Below are positions 19,872-29,224 of a stretch of 64,000 bases of DNA, piece by piece. The notes beneath the pieces were generated by a model. That model was not told the origin of the DNA. It did not search any database and was given only the letters and a program-made list of their open reading frames with translations. Positions within the stretch are counted from its first letter, which is position 1. Each line of letters starts with the position of its first letter. Position numbers and translations under genes: made by a program. The DNA is from Desulfobacula sp. (GTDB lineage: Bacteria > Desulfobacterota > Desulfobacteria > Desulfobacterales > Desulfobacteraceae). Where the stretch lies: the NCBI GenBank assembly GCA_023701135.1, contig JAMPXP010000018.1:42286-106285 (forward strand), read 5' to 3'.

Positions 19872-20270
19872 TTCCTCCATAATCCTTTTATATTGTTTTA
19901 CGTTCAATCCCTTACTATATTCAAAGCCGGTGTCCGTGCTTTGGTGTCCTGTAGTCGCTCTAACCAAGTTTCATGCCATGCGGATGAGAATCAGACAAAA
20001 ATCTGTTTGGCCCTTATTTCACAGGGGATTGAAATGAAAATATAAAAAGGCCGACGTCGTGTTGAACTGTTTTGCAACAATTACTCTGTCGAGTTTCTTT
20101 ACACCTTGCAAAAAAAAATAAGGCCGGAAGCTTTAAACAAAGATGGATAGGATATCCCTAAGCTCCTAAAGGCCTTGGTATCGGCAAGCCTTAGAAATAA
20201 CAGAGAATGGCATGTTTTTTGATTGCGTCTTTCACAGTAATCTTTTATGACTATTTTAAAGGAGTTTTGC

Positions 20271-23024
20271 ATGCCGACCATTCTCGGGAATTTTAAAAAG
20301 CTGATCCGCTCAAGACTTGTCAAGGCAAAGCAGGGCAAAAACCAAGGAGACAATGCCGAAGCAAATGCCGTGTTCAGGTTCAAATACACACTTTTTAAAG
20401 AACTTCTTTCCGCAAATTCAGAACTTTTCAATATCCTGGCCGATATGGAACAAAAGCTCAAAGGAACCCATATATTCGGTGCTTCTTATATCAAAAACCA
20501 GGTTATCCGGTCCATGATCCAGACCTTTAAAATGGTAAAAAACCTGAATGTGCTGTCCGGCAACAAATATCCCCAGCTCTACCAGGTTCTGGAGAAGATC
20601 AATCAGGACATCAAATCCGTGAACACGGGAAAAAATGAATGTGAACCGCCTTTTTACGTCATCCCCTACAAGGATATCTTGAAAAAGGATGCCGACTTTG
20701 TCGGGGGAAAGAGTGCAAATCTCGGCGAAATTCAAAATCGCCTGAATATCCCCGTACCGGAAGGATTTGCAATCACGGCAAAAGCGTTTAATGGTTTTCT
20801 GGATGTAAACAACCTGCGGGAAGACATTTCGAAACGGAAAAACCTCATTGATGCAGATGATATCCATGATGTCGATCTTCTCAACCGCCTGAGCCGTGAG
20901 ATAACGGGCCTGATCTTATCCAAACCCGTACCGGATGAGATCATGGCCGAAATTAAAAAAGCCGTGGACACCTTATGGGCAGCCTCTCCTTCTGATGTGC
21001 GGGTGGCCATGAGAAGCAGCGCCATCGGAGAAGACGGGGATTTGTCCTTTGCCGGGCAGTATCTGACCCTTCTCAATATCGGTTTGGACCAGATCGGCGA
21101 GGCCTATAAAGCCGTTATTGCCAGTCTTTATTCAGCCCGCTCCGTCTCCTATCGGATGTCCAAGGGAATCAAGGAGGAAGACCTCTCCATGGCGGTTGCC
21201 TGCATCCGGATGGTGGATTCCGTTGCCAGCGGGGTCATGTACACCCGCCACCCCTGCAATATTCTGGATGACCATATCCTGATCAATGCCGTGTGGGGTC
21301 TTGGACCCTATGCCGTGGACGGCATTATCCGGCCGGACACCTTTGTGGTTGAAAAAAACGATGAGCTTCAGATTTTAAGCCGGGATATATCAGACAAGGC
21401 CGTTCAACTGGTCTGTCACCGCCCGTCAACGGATGCCCTTGAAAATCCGGGCATTACCAAAAGCAAATCGGTTGAACAGAATATGGCGGAAGGCATCCGG
21501 GAGATCCCCGTACCCATCGAAAAACGCTCGGCGCCCGCCCTTACCGACCTTCAGATACAAGCGCTTGCCGGTTACGGACGAAAGCTTGAAGCCCATTACA
21601 AATGTGCCCAGGATATTGAATGGGCCCTTGACCCGGAAGGCAGGATCATTATACTTCAATCAAGGCCCTTGAAAATAAATGCTGTTTCTCCAGCCTCCGC
21701 TGCTTCAGACCTATCAGGGGCAACCCATGGAACAGATATTCGGAAAAGACCCGACCCCATATCCGGCTACCGGGTCCTCATTGAAGAAAGCGAGATCGCA
21801 TCCCAGGGCATCGGTACAGGAACAGCCTTTCATGTCAAATCCGAAGATGACCTTGCCGCCTTTCCCGTCAAAGCAATTCTGATTGCCCACCACTCCTCTC
21901 CCGAATATACTATGGTCATGCGGCAATGCAGCGGGATCATTACAGAATCCGGCAGCATCAGCGGCCATATGGCCGCCCTTGCCCGGGAATTCAATGTGCC
22001 GACCCTCATGGGCCTTGGTGCGGCTACTGCATTACGGGACATCCCCCATGGGATGGAAATCACGGTGGACGGCTATGGCGGAAGAGTTTACCAAGGGGTG
22101 GTGACGGAACTGGTGGCTGCGGTTGAAAAACAAGAGGCCCATATGGAGGGGACACCTGTCCACGAACACCTTAAAAAAATAGCCGGACTCATGTTGCCCC
22201 TTTATCTCATCAATCCCAAAGCCCCCGATTTTATCCCAACCGGGTGCAAAACCCTCCATGATATCGCCCGCTTCTGCCATGAATATTCATATATTGAAAT
22301 GTTCAATGTCAGCGACATGGCATCCAAACGGGATAAATGTTCTTTCCGTCTCTTAGCTCCACTTCCCATTGATCTTCACATCATTGACCTGGGCAGCGGA
22401 ATGAAAGGCTCCGGTGAATCCGGTGATCCGGCAACCGAAAACACCTGTCAGGGAATGGTGTCCCTGGATCAGATCCAATCCGTCCCTTTTCTGGCCCTGA
22501 TGAAGGGCATGCTCCATAAGGATCTCAACACCCGCGACCCAAAACCGGTCAATTTTTCAGGTTTTTTGTCCGTCATGCAGGAACAGATGCTTTCTCCCGG
22601 CCATGTGGGTGACCGTTTCGGCGATAGAAGTTATGCTATCATTGCAGACAAATACCTGAATTTCAGCTCCCGGGTGGGATATCATTATTCCGTTGTGGAT
22701 GCCTACTGCGGAGAAACGGTCAATAAAAACTATATCTCCTTTTCCTTTAAAGGCGGCGCCGCCGATGACATTAAAAGAAACAGGCGGGTCCGGGCCATCG
22801 CCCTGATCCTCAAATCCTTTGATTTTACCGTGGATGTGAAAGAAGACAAAGTCGATGCCAGGTTTCAGAAATATCCATGCCCCCTGATTCAGGACCGGCT
22901 GGATATCCTGGGCCGCCTTCTTCTGTTTACCCGCCAGATGGATATGCTCATGACAACGGAAGACAGTGTGAAATGGGTGGCGGACAATTTCATTGCCGGC
23001 AATTATAACCTGGCAGCCCTGTAA
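20271..23024 (+). CDS. PEP-synthase/PPDK-like protein with unknown C-terminal domain, copy 2
   Basis: VGGKSANLGE, RSSAIGED, SFAGQY, AQDIEWA, LQSRPL, GHMAALAREF; C-terminal SRVGYHYSVVDA...FKGGAAD...TRQMDM. Start at ATG 20271 behind AAGGAG. Confidence 0.85.
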   Translation: MPTILGNFKKLIRSRLVKAKQGKNQGDNAEANAVFRFKYTLFKELLSANSELFNILADMEQKLKGTHIFGASYIKNQVIRSMIQTFKMVKNLNVLSGNKYPQLYQVLEKINQDIKSVNTGKNECEPPFYVIPYKDILKKDADFVGGKSANLGEIQNRLNIPVPEGFAITAKAFNGFLDVNNLREDISKRKNLIDADDIHDVDLLNRLSREITGLILSKPVPDEIMAEIKKAVDTLWAASPSDVRVAMRSSAIGEDGDLSFAGQYLTLLNIGLDQIGEAYKAVIASLYSARSVSYRMSKGIKEEDLSMAVACIRMVDSVASGVMYTRHPCNILDDHILINAVWGLGPYAVDGIIRPDTFVVEKNDELQILSRDISDKAVQLVCHRPSTDALENPGITKSKSVEQNMAEGIREIPVPIEKRSAPALTDLQIQALAGYGRKLEAHYKCAQDIEWALDPEGRIIILQSRPLKINAVSPASAASDLSGATHGTDIRKRPDPISGYRVLIEESEIASQGIGTGTAFHVKSEDDLAAFPVKAILIAHHSSPEYTMVMRQCSGIITESGSISGHMAALAREFNVPTLMGLGAATALRDIPHGMEITVDGYGGRVYQGVVTELVAAVEKQEAHMEGTPVHEHLKKIAGLMLPLYLINPKAPDFIPTGCKTLHDIARFCHEYSYIEMFNVSDMASKRDKCSFRLLAPLPIDLHIIDLGSGMKGSGESGDPATENTCQGMVSLDQIQSVPFLALMKGMLHKDLNTRDPKPVNFSGFLSVMQEQMLSPGHVGDRFGDRSYAIIADKYLNFSSRVGYHYSVVDAYCGETVNKNYISFSFKGGAADDIKRNRRVRAIALILKSFDFTVDVKEDKVDARFQKYPCPLIQDRLDILGRLLLFTRQMDMLMTTEDSVKWVADNFIAGNYNLAAL

Positions 23025-23099
23025 CCGGGAATATCCATCCGAAACAGATCCCTGCCCTTCAGGATTATCCAAGCCCCTGAATCTTATCTTTCTCCTGTG

Positions 23100-23128
23100 T
23101 TGACAGGTTTTCAGTGATTTAGTAGATT
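23100..23128 (+). promoter_or_regulatory. sigma70-type promoter for trkAH
   Basis: TTGACA-17 nt-TAGATT, 38 nt before the TTG start. Confidence 0.6.
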
Positions 23129-23166
23129 AAGCGCCAAATCGTCACCATGAAGACAGGAGCGTCTAT

Positions 23167-24531
23167 TTGAGGATTATCATTGTGGGGGCCGGAGAGGTCG
23201 GGTACAACATCGCAGGCCGGCTGTCTTCGGAAAACAAACATGTCATTGTTATTGACAAGAACCCCGAGGCTGTCCGGCGTCTGGCCGAAGACCTGGATGT
23301 TCAGACCATCACCGGCTCCGGAAGCAACCCCAAAATTCTGATGGATGCCGGTATCAAAGATGCTGAAATTCTTCTGGCCGTTACCGACAGCGATGAAACC
23401 AATCTTGTGGCCTGCCTCATGGCCAATCTGATTTCACCCACAACCCGGAAACTGGTCCGGATCAGAGATTCAGGCTTTGATCCCTACCATGACCGGTTTA
23501 AAAAAGAACACCCCCATATCGATACGGTAATCAATCCTGAAATCGAGGTGGTGAATACCATCCGAAAGCTCATCCAGGTCCCGGGAGCAGCCGATGTCGG
23601 AGATTTTGTGGACGGCCAGGTCAAATATGTGGGTATCCGGCTTGAAAAACAATCTCCCATGGTTGGAACAAGGCTGGTTGATTTTGCATCCCGATTCGGC
23701 CCTGACAGGCCTTTGATTGCGGCCATCATCAGGAATAATGAGGTTATCGTGCCCAGGGGCACCAATTATGTGGAACCCGGGGACCTGATCTATTTTATCT
23801 GTGAAACGAAAAAGCTTGAGCCCACTCTTAACCTTTTCGGGCTTAAGACCGAACCCACCCGAAGGGTTTTTATTATCGGCGGCGGGAGGATCGGTGAAAG
23901 ACTGGCCAAAAAACTTGAAGAAGACGCCATCAAAACCAAAATCATAGAGTCGGATATCCAGCGTTGCCGCTACCTGTCTGAAAAAATGGATAAAACCGTT
24001 ATCCTTCACGGAGACGGATCTGATCAAAAACTGTTTCTCGAAGAAAACATCAGCCGGAGTGATGTCATGGTGACAGTAACGGAAGATGATGAAACCAATA
24101 TCCTTGTCTCTCTCATGGCTAAAAACCTGGGGGTCCGGAATACCATCACCAGAATCGATAGATCCAACTATTTTCCCCTCCTGTCCACCATCGGTATTGA
24201 TAAAATCGTCAGCCCGAGATTATCTGCCGTCAGCTCCATCCTCCAGGAAGTCCGAAAAGGGAAGGTCCTATCCGATATTTCCATTTCCGGGGACCGGGGT
24301 GAATTCATTGAAGCCATTGCCCTTGAGACATCCGATATAACGAATAGCCCTCTAAAAAAAATCTCCTTTCCCAAAGGCGCCATCCTTGTCTGCATCGTCA
24401 GGGAAGGACAAGTGATGATACCGGCCGGTGACAGCATTGTCAGACCCGGCGACAGGATGATCCTGTTTGCCGTCAGGCATGCAGTGAAAAAACTTGAAAA
24501 ACTGCTGACCGTTAAACTGGATTTCTTCTGA
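23167..24531 (+). CDS. trkA: Trk K+ uptake system NAD-binding subunit
   Basis: Two RCK_N/RCK_C pairs (IVGAGEVG; IIGGGRIG); TTG start. Confidence 0.95.
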   Translation: MRIIIVGAGEVGYNIAGRLSSENKHVIVIDKNPEAVRRLAEDLDVQTITGSGSNPKILMDAGIKDAEILLAVTDSDETNLVACLMANLISPTTRKLVRIRDSGFDPYHDRFKKEHPHIDTVINPEIEVVNTIRKLIQVPGAADVGDFVDGQVKYVGIRLEKQSPMVGTRLVDFASRFGPDRPLIAAIIRNNEVIVPRGTNYVEPGDLIYFICETKKLEPTLNLFGLKTEPTRRVFIIGGGRIGERLAKKLEEDAIKTKIIESDIQRCRYLSEKMDKTVILHGDGSDQKLFLEENISRSDVMVTVTEDDETNILVSLMAKNLGVRNTITRIDRSNYFPLLSTIGIDKIVSPRLSAVSSILQEVRKGKVLSDISISGDRGEFIEAIALETSDITNSPLKKISFPKGAILVCIVREGQVMIPAGDSIVRPGDRMILFAVRHAVKKLEKLLTVKLDFF

Positions 24532-25982
24532 TGCGCTGGTGGTTTATTGCAGGGGTCATCGGCATCCTGTTGATTCTTCTGGGCCTGACCATGGTTATGC
24601 CTCTCCTGGTCAGCTTCTATTATCAGGACCAGGCCCAGGATGTCTTTATCAGGTCTTTGGGCATTACAATGGCAGCAGGCCTTATTCTCACGGTTCTGTC
24701 CAAAAAACGAGGAGGGGACGATTATATCAACCAAAAGGAAGGAATGACAACGGTAGCCCTTGCCTGGACAGCCATCAGCCTTTTCGGCGCCCTTCCCTTT
24801 TATTTCAGCGTTGAATTCTCAAATATCGGTGATGCTTTTTTTGAATCCGTATCCGGTTTCACAACCACCGGGTCATCGGTGATGACGGATATCGAGGCTT
24901 CAGCCCCGAGCCTTCTTTTCTGGCGAAGTTTTATTCAATGGCTTGGAGGCATGGGCATCATCGTGCTTTCCATTGCCATCCTGCCCTTCCTGGGGGTTGG
25001 CGGGATTCAATTGTATAAGGCTGAAGTGCCCAGCCCGGTGCCGGATAAGCTCACTCCCCGCCTGAGCGATTCTGCAAAAATCCTGTGGATTGTGTATGCC
25101 GTCCTCACCCTGCTTGAAATTATTTTTCTTCTGGGCGGCGGCATGAGCCTTTTTGAAGCTGCCTGCCATGCCTTTACCACCATGCCCACCGGGGGCTTTT
25201 CCACAAAAAACCTCTCCATCGCCCAGTATGACAGTGCCTTTTTCGATTTTACCCTTATCTTTTTCATGATCCTGGCCGGTATCAATTTCACCCTGCATTT
25301 TCAACTGCTCAGGGGCAAACCCCTGATTTTCTGGCAGGATACGGAATGCCGGTTTTTCCTTTTATTCACCCTGGCCATGACCCTTCTGGTCACCTGGGAC
25401 ATCCATGGTTCCGTATACCAGACCTTTTCCGAAGCCTTCAGGTTTGCAAGCTTCCAGGTTGTCACCATCCTTACCACCACGGGCTTTGCCACGGCAGACT
25501 ATGAAAAATTCCCAGGCCTCAGCCAGATGATTCTTTTTTTGTGCATGTTCATAGGAGCTTCGGCAGGATCAACCGGCGGCGGGATGAAATGCTCCCGGGT
25601 CATTGTCTGCGGCAAATATGTATACCGGGAATTGTTCAAGATTATCCACCCCAGGAGTGTCAGCCAGGTCAAAATCAATAATATGGTGATTTCCAATGAC
25701 GTGCTGAGAAGCATCATGGCGTTTCTGGCCCTGTATATGGGAATCTTTATCCTGTCCAGTCTCCTTCTCGGCATCATGGGGCTGGATATGATGACTGCAT
25801 TCGGTGCGACAGCGGCATGTATCGGAAATATCGGACCCGGATTCGGCTCCGTGGGACCCACGGAAAATTTCGCCCATCTGCCGGCATCGGCCAAATGGCT
25901 ATTATCCTTTTGTATGCTTCTCGGCCGTCTTGAGCTTTATACGATGATCATTCTGGTTGTTCCTGAATTCTGGAAAAAATAA
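24531..25982 (+). CDS. trkH: Trk K+ uptake permease
   Basis: FESVSGFTTTG, WLGGMG, TGGFS, TTTGF, STGGGMK, GNIGPG. Confidence 0.95.
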   Translation: MRWWFIAGVIGILLILLGLTMVMPLLVSFYYQDQAQDVFIRSLGITMAAGLILTVLSKKRGGDDYINQKEGMTTVALAWTAISLFGALPFYFSVEFSNIGDAFFESVSGFTTTGSSVMTDIEASAPSLLFWRSFIQWLGGMGIIVLSIAILPFLGVGGIQLYKAEVPSPVPDKLTPRLSDSAKILWIVYAVLTLLEIIFLLGGGMSLFEAACHAFTTMPTGGFSTKNLSIAQYDSAFFDFTLIFFMILAGINFTLHFQLLRGKPLIFWQDTECRFFLLFTLAMTLLVTWDIHGSVYQTFSEAFRFASFQVVTILTTTGFATADYEKFPGLSQMILFLCMFIGASAGSTGGGMKCSRVIVCGKYVYRELFKIIHPRSVSQVKINNMVISNDVLRSIMAFLALYMGIFILSSLLLGIMGLDMMTAFGATAACIGNIGPGFGSVGPTENFAHLPASAKWLLSFCMLLGRLELYTMIILVVPEFWKK

Positions 25983-25997
25983 AGAAAATAAGACCTG

Positions 25998-26474
25998 CTA
26001 AGCTTCCTTGATTTCAGGATGGTTGGCAAGGGAGTTCAGAAACCGGCCGGTATGCATCTCCATTCTTGATCTGAAAAGTGCCACCATCTTTAACATGACG
26101 GCATGGCCGATTTCAAAATCTTCTAAAAACAATTGACGCATCTGTTCTCCTGAAACCGTAATCATGGTGCTGGTTTCCGCACATACAGCCGTAAACGAGC
26201 TGGTATGCTCCCCGCCTAAAAGAACGGAAACGCCGAAAGTTCTTCCCGGTGTCACTTCATCCAGGGTAAGGGATTTGCCGGACCCGGATCGGCTGTTTAA
26301 AAACACTTTGCCCGAAATCAACATGTATAAAAGGGATTTTTGCTGATCCTGTCTGAAAAGCACGGTTTCTTCATCAAAGGTTTCCAGTTGAGAGACAGCC
26401 CCAATTTTTTCAAGAATTCTGTCCGGCAGATCTTTCAAAAAATTAATCTTTTTTAAATATTCTTTTTCAACCAT
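25998..26474 (-). CDS. Stand-alone cyclic-nucleotide-binding (Crp N-terminal type) protein
   Basis: LFRQD, LYMLISGKV, PGRTFG, FTAVC; no HTH domain. Confidence 0.85.
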   Translation of the reverse strand: MVEKEYLKKINFLKDLPDRILEKIGAVSQLETFDEETVLFRQDQQKSLLYMLISGKVFLNSRSGSGKSLTLDEVTPGRTFGVSVLLGGEHTSSFTAVCAETSTMITVSGEQMRQLFLEDFEIGHAVMLKMVALFRSRMEMHTGRFLNSLANHPEIKEA

Positions 26475-26490
26475 AATAAAAGATCCTTAT

Positions 26491-26997
26491 TTAAGCAACC
26501 GGAGTTAGGGTTTCAATGTCATGGATATCTTTTTTCAGCTCAGGATTTTCATCCAGGGTCTTTATGATCATCTTTGTCCGGATATCCATTTTTTTCTTGT
26601 ATTGTCTTGCAGCACCCTGCAATATGTAAAAAGCGAGCTCATGATTTTGATCGAATAGTTCCCTGATCCGTTTTCCCGAAATTGTGATGGCTTCGCAGGG
26701 TTCCTGGCAGACGGCATTGTGAAAAGCGATAGATCCTTCCATGAGTGCGGAAGCACCAAAGGAAGAGCCGGATTGGACATAATCAAAAATGACATCGATA
26801 TGCGATGTCAATTCCTTTTTCAAGGCCACCTGCCCCATGATGAGCATAAAGAAGGTATCAACTTTTTCATTGATGGTCATCAACTGGGTACCGGTCCCGT
26901 AAATATTCAGTTGTGCTTCCCGGGCAAGGATCTCAAGGAGATGATCCGGAATATCCCTTAACAAATTAATCCGTTTTAAATCTTCAATTTTAACCAT
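26491..26997 (-). CDS. Stand-alone cyclic-nucleotide-binding protein, paralog
   Basis: FFMLIMGQV, SGSSFGASAL, NAVC; no HTH domain. Confidence 0.85.
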   Translation of the reverse strand: MVKIEDLKRINLLRDIPDHLLEILAREAQLNIYGTGTQLMTINEKVDTFFMLIMGQVALKKELTSHIDVIFDYVQSGSSFGASALMEGSIAFHNAVCQEPCEAITISGKRIRELFDQNHELAFYILQGAARQYKKKMDIRTKMIIKTLDENPELKKDIHDIETLTPVA

Positions 26998-27010
26998 GAG
27001 TGATGCCTTT

Positions 27011-28801
27011 CTAAATTAACACATAGACCAGAAAGATGAATGTAATGGTCACTGCAGCGCCTATCCCGGCCGGTAAAGTCCCGTGTAGGATATCATTGTA
27101 AAGTTTTTTCTTTTTGATTTCCAGCCGTTGATCGCGATATCCGGCCAGAAGCCAGATATTGACCGCTACAAATAAGGAAATCTTTGCACCGGCGTCTTTA
27201 AAAAAATAGGCCGTGCGCGAGGCTGTGCCCCTGACGACTCTATCACACCATGCATTCAAAGGATTTAAAATCCCATCAAAAGCATGATAAAGCGCTTTTC
27301 CAGATTTTCTGTAGATCCAGTCGGCATCCACATTCAATGCCCTCATCTCCGCCGGATAAATACCGGAAAGCAAGAGAAGGGTAAAGGCAAGCGCTGAAAA
27401 GAAGAGAAGCTCGGTCTGGGATAAAACATGGGAAATGGTATAGGGGTGATAGTCCACCGGGAAGGGCAGAAGATCATATAAGGGCTTGGGATAGGTCCCG
27501 ATAAAAATGCAGAGAAAGGCGGCGATTCCCATGGCAATCAGCATGTTCAACGGCGCTTCTTTCACCCTGTGGCCGGCATCATGGCCGAAAAAGGCAAAAA
27601 ACGGAATTTTAATGCCGGCATGGTGAAACACACCGGCGGAAGCAAATAAAAGCACCAGCCAGACCACCACATAACTTTTCTGACCCATCAGGTGGGAGCC
27701 GGAGGCCGCCGCTTCCATGACCATGGACTTGCTGACAAACCCTGAAAACAGGGGAAAGGCCGAAATGGACGCCGCACCCACGCAACAGAACAGGGCCGTC
27801 CAGGGCATGCTTTTATAGAGCCCGCCCAGATCCGTTGCATTGATTTTCCCGGTCCGGTACATGACGGCCCCCATGGACATGAATAAAAGGCCCTTGAACA
27901 GGATATCGTTAAAGGCATGGGCGCAGGCACCGTTGATGGCAAGTTCGGTGCCGATGCCGATACCCACCACCATGAATCCGACCTGGTTGATCAGGCTGTA
28001 GGCCAGGACCCTTCGGAGGTCATTTTCAATAACGGCGTAAAAAATCGGGAAGGCGGCCATGGCAACACCGATCCATATCAGGGCTTCGGTTCCAGGAAAG
28101 AGCCGGGCCAGGGCGTAAACTGCTGTTTTTGTGGTGAATGCGCTCAAAAAAACGGTCCCGCCAATGGTGGCTTCGGGATAGGCATCCGTGAGCCATGGAT
28201 GAAGAACCGGCCAGGCACAGTTGATCCCGATGCCCAGAAAGATCAGATAAGATCCGGGGCCGGACAGGGTCAATTTCAGCATTTCAAGGGAGCCGGTTTC
28301 CGTGTAATGGAGAACGATGCCGGCCAGCAGTACCAGCCCGCCAAAGGCATGAACCAGAAGGTATCTCAGCCCTGCCGCCTGGGAGGATTTTGTCTTTCTG
28401 GCCCAGATCAGCATGACCGAGCCGATGGTCAGCATTTCCCAGAAAATGAAGAACGAAAAGAGATCCCCGGCCAAAACCGCACCCAGGGCCGCACCGGCAT
28501 AGAAAAAGCCGGCCACATATTCCACATCGTTCTTGAAATTCAGGATATAGATGACCGTGATCAGGGCAATGATATGATAAATATAGCCGAAGAGCAGGCC
28601 CAGGCGGTCGATATGCAGAAGGACCAGCTTGAAGTCTGAAAAATTCATCAGGAAATGGTCGCCCAGGGGGATATTGATCAGATTGACAAAGCCCACCAAC
28701 GGGATGAACATCATATACACCGATTTTGCCCGGCCCTTGAAGAACGGGATCAGAAACCCGCCGATCATGAAAATCAAAGCGGGAAGGACGCTATTTGTCA
28801 T
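27011..28801 (-). CDS. mnhD: Mrp/Mnh antiporter D-type (proton-conducting) subunit
   Basis: FFIFWEML, LHPWLTDAYPEA, RVLAYS, HAFNDILFKGLLF. Confidence 0.85.
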   Translation of the reverse strand: MTNSVLPALIFMIGGFLIPFFKGRAKSVYMMFIPLVGFVNLINIPLGDHFLMNFSDFKLVLLHIDRLGLLFGYIYHIIALITVIYILNFKNDVEYVAGFFYAGAALGAVLAGDLFSFFIFWEMLTIGSVMLIWARKTKSSQAAGLRYLLVHAFGGLVLLAGIVLHYTETGSLEMLKLTLSGPGSYLIFLGIGINCAWPVLHPWLTDAYPEATIGGTVFLSAFTTKTAVYALARLFPGTEALIWIGVAMAAFPIFYAVIENDLRRVLAYSLINQVGFMVVGIGIGTELAINGACAHAFNDILFKGLLFMSMGAVMYRTGKINATDLGGLYKSMPWTALFCCVGAASISAFPLFSGFVSKSMVMEAAASGSHLMGQKSYVVVWLVLLFASAGVFHHAGIKIPFFAFFGHDAGHRVKEAPLNMLIAMGIAAFLCIFIGTYPKPLYDLLPFPVDYHPYTISHVLSQTELLFFSALAFTLLLLSGIYPAEMRALNVDADWIYRKSGKALYHAFDGILNPLNAWCDRVVRGTASRTAYFFKDAGAKISLFVAVNIWLLAGYRDQRLEIKKKKLYNDILHGTLPAGIGAAVTITFIFLVYVLI

Positions 28802-29063
28802 AATAGTCCTCCTCTCTTTTCACAAGGGGTCTCAGGATATATTTGGATACCAGGACCAGGATGACACAGGCCACAAATCCATAAAAGGCGTAAAAACCCC
28901 AGAATCCTTCCCATTGATAATTCATATGGCTGTGGATCACATGGGTTTTGGAAAGAACAATATAAAAACCATCAAGAATCAGAAGGATGACCACGGAACT
29001 GAAAAAAATCTTCAACAGTTTTTTTACATTCCGGGGGTCATCAAATACATGCTTTTTTTCCAT
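28791..29063 (-). CDS. Small membrane protein of the Mrp operon
   Basis: 90 aa with two TMs; FYAFYGFVACVILV...RPLVKREEDYYD; overlaps the next start. Confidence 0.75.
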   Translation of the reverse strand: MEKKHVFDDPRNVKKLLKIFFSSVVILLILDGFYIVLSKTHVIHSHMNYQWEGFWGFYAFYGFVACVILVLVSKYILRPLVKREEDYYDK

Positions 29064-29079
29064 AAATATCGCCTAATCC

Positions 29080-29217
29080 TCAGAAACAAGGTTGAAATAA
29101 TATAAAAGCCATATATAAAAGGCTCAGGGTGAACACAACGGAAAATACCCCCCGGTATCCCGGAACGGCGTCATGTTTCAGTTCCATTAATTCTTTTTTA
29201 TCCTTATGGGGTTTCAT
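29080..29217 (-). CDS. Unannotated 45-aa single-TM protein in the Mrp operon
   Basis: Hand-translated MKPHKDKKELMELKHDAVPGYRGVFSVVFTLSLLYMAFILFQPCF. GGAGG RBS lies in the end of the upstream gene; the ORF fills the gap exactly. Confidence 0.65.
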   Translation of the reverse strand: MKPHKDKKELMELKHDAVPGYRGVFSVVFTLSLLYMAFILFQPCF

Positions 29218-29224
29218 CTTTGAA

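Noticed and set aside
27917-28639. 240-aa + strand ORF (similarly 37324-38034, 50659-51393, 55299-56051, 58557-59378)
   Set aside because: Each fully overlaps a well-supported gene on the opposite strand; typical codon-bias shadows.
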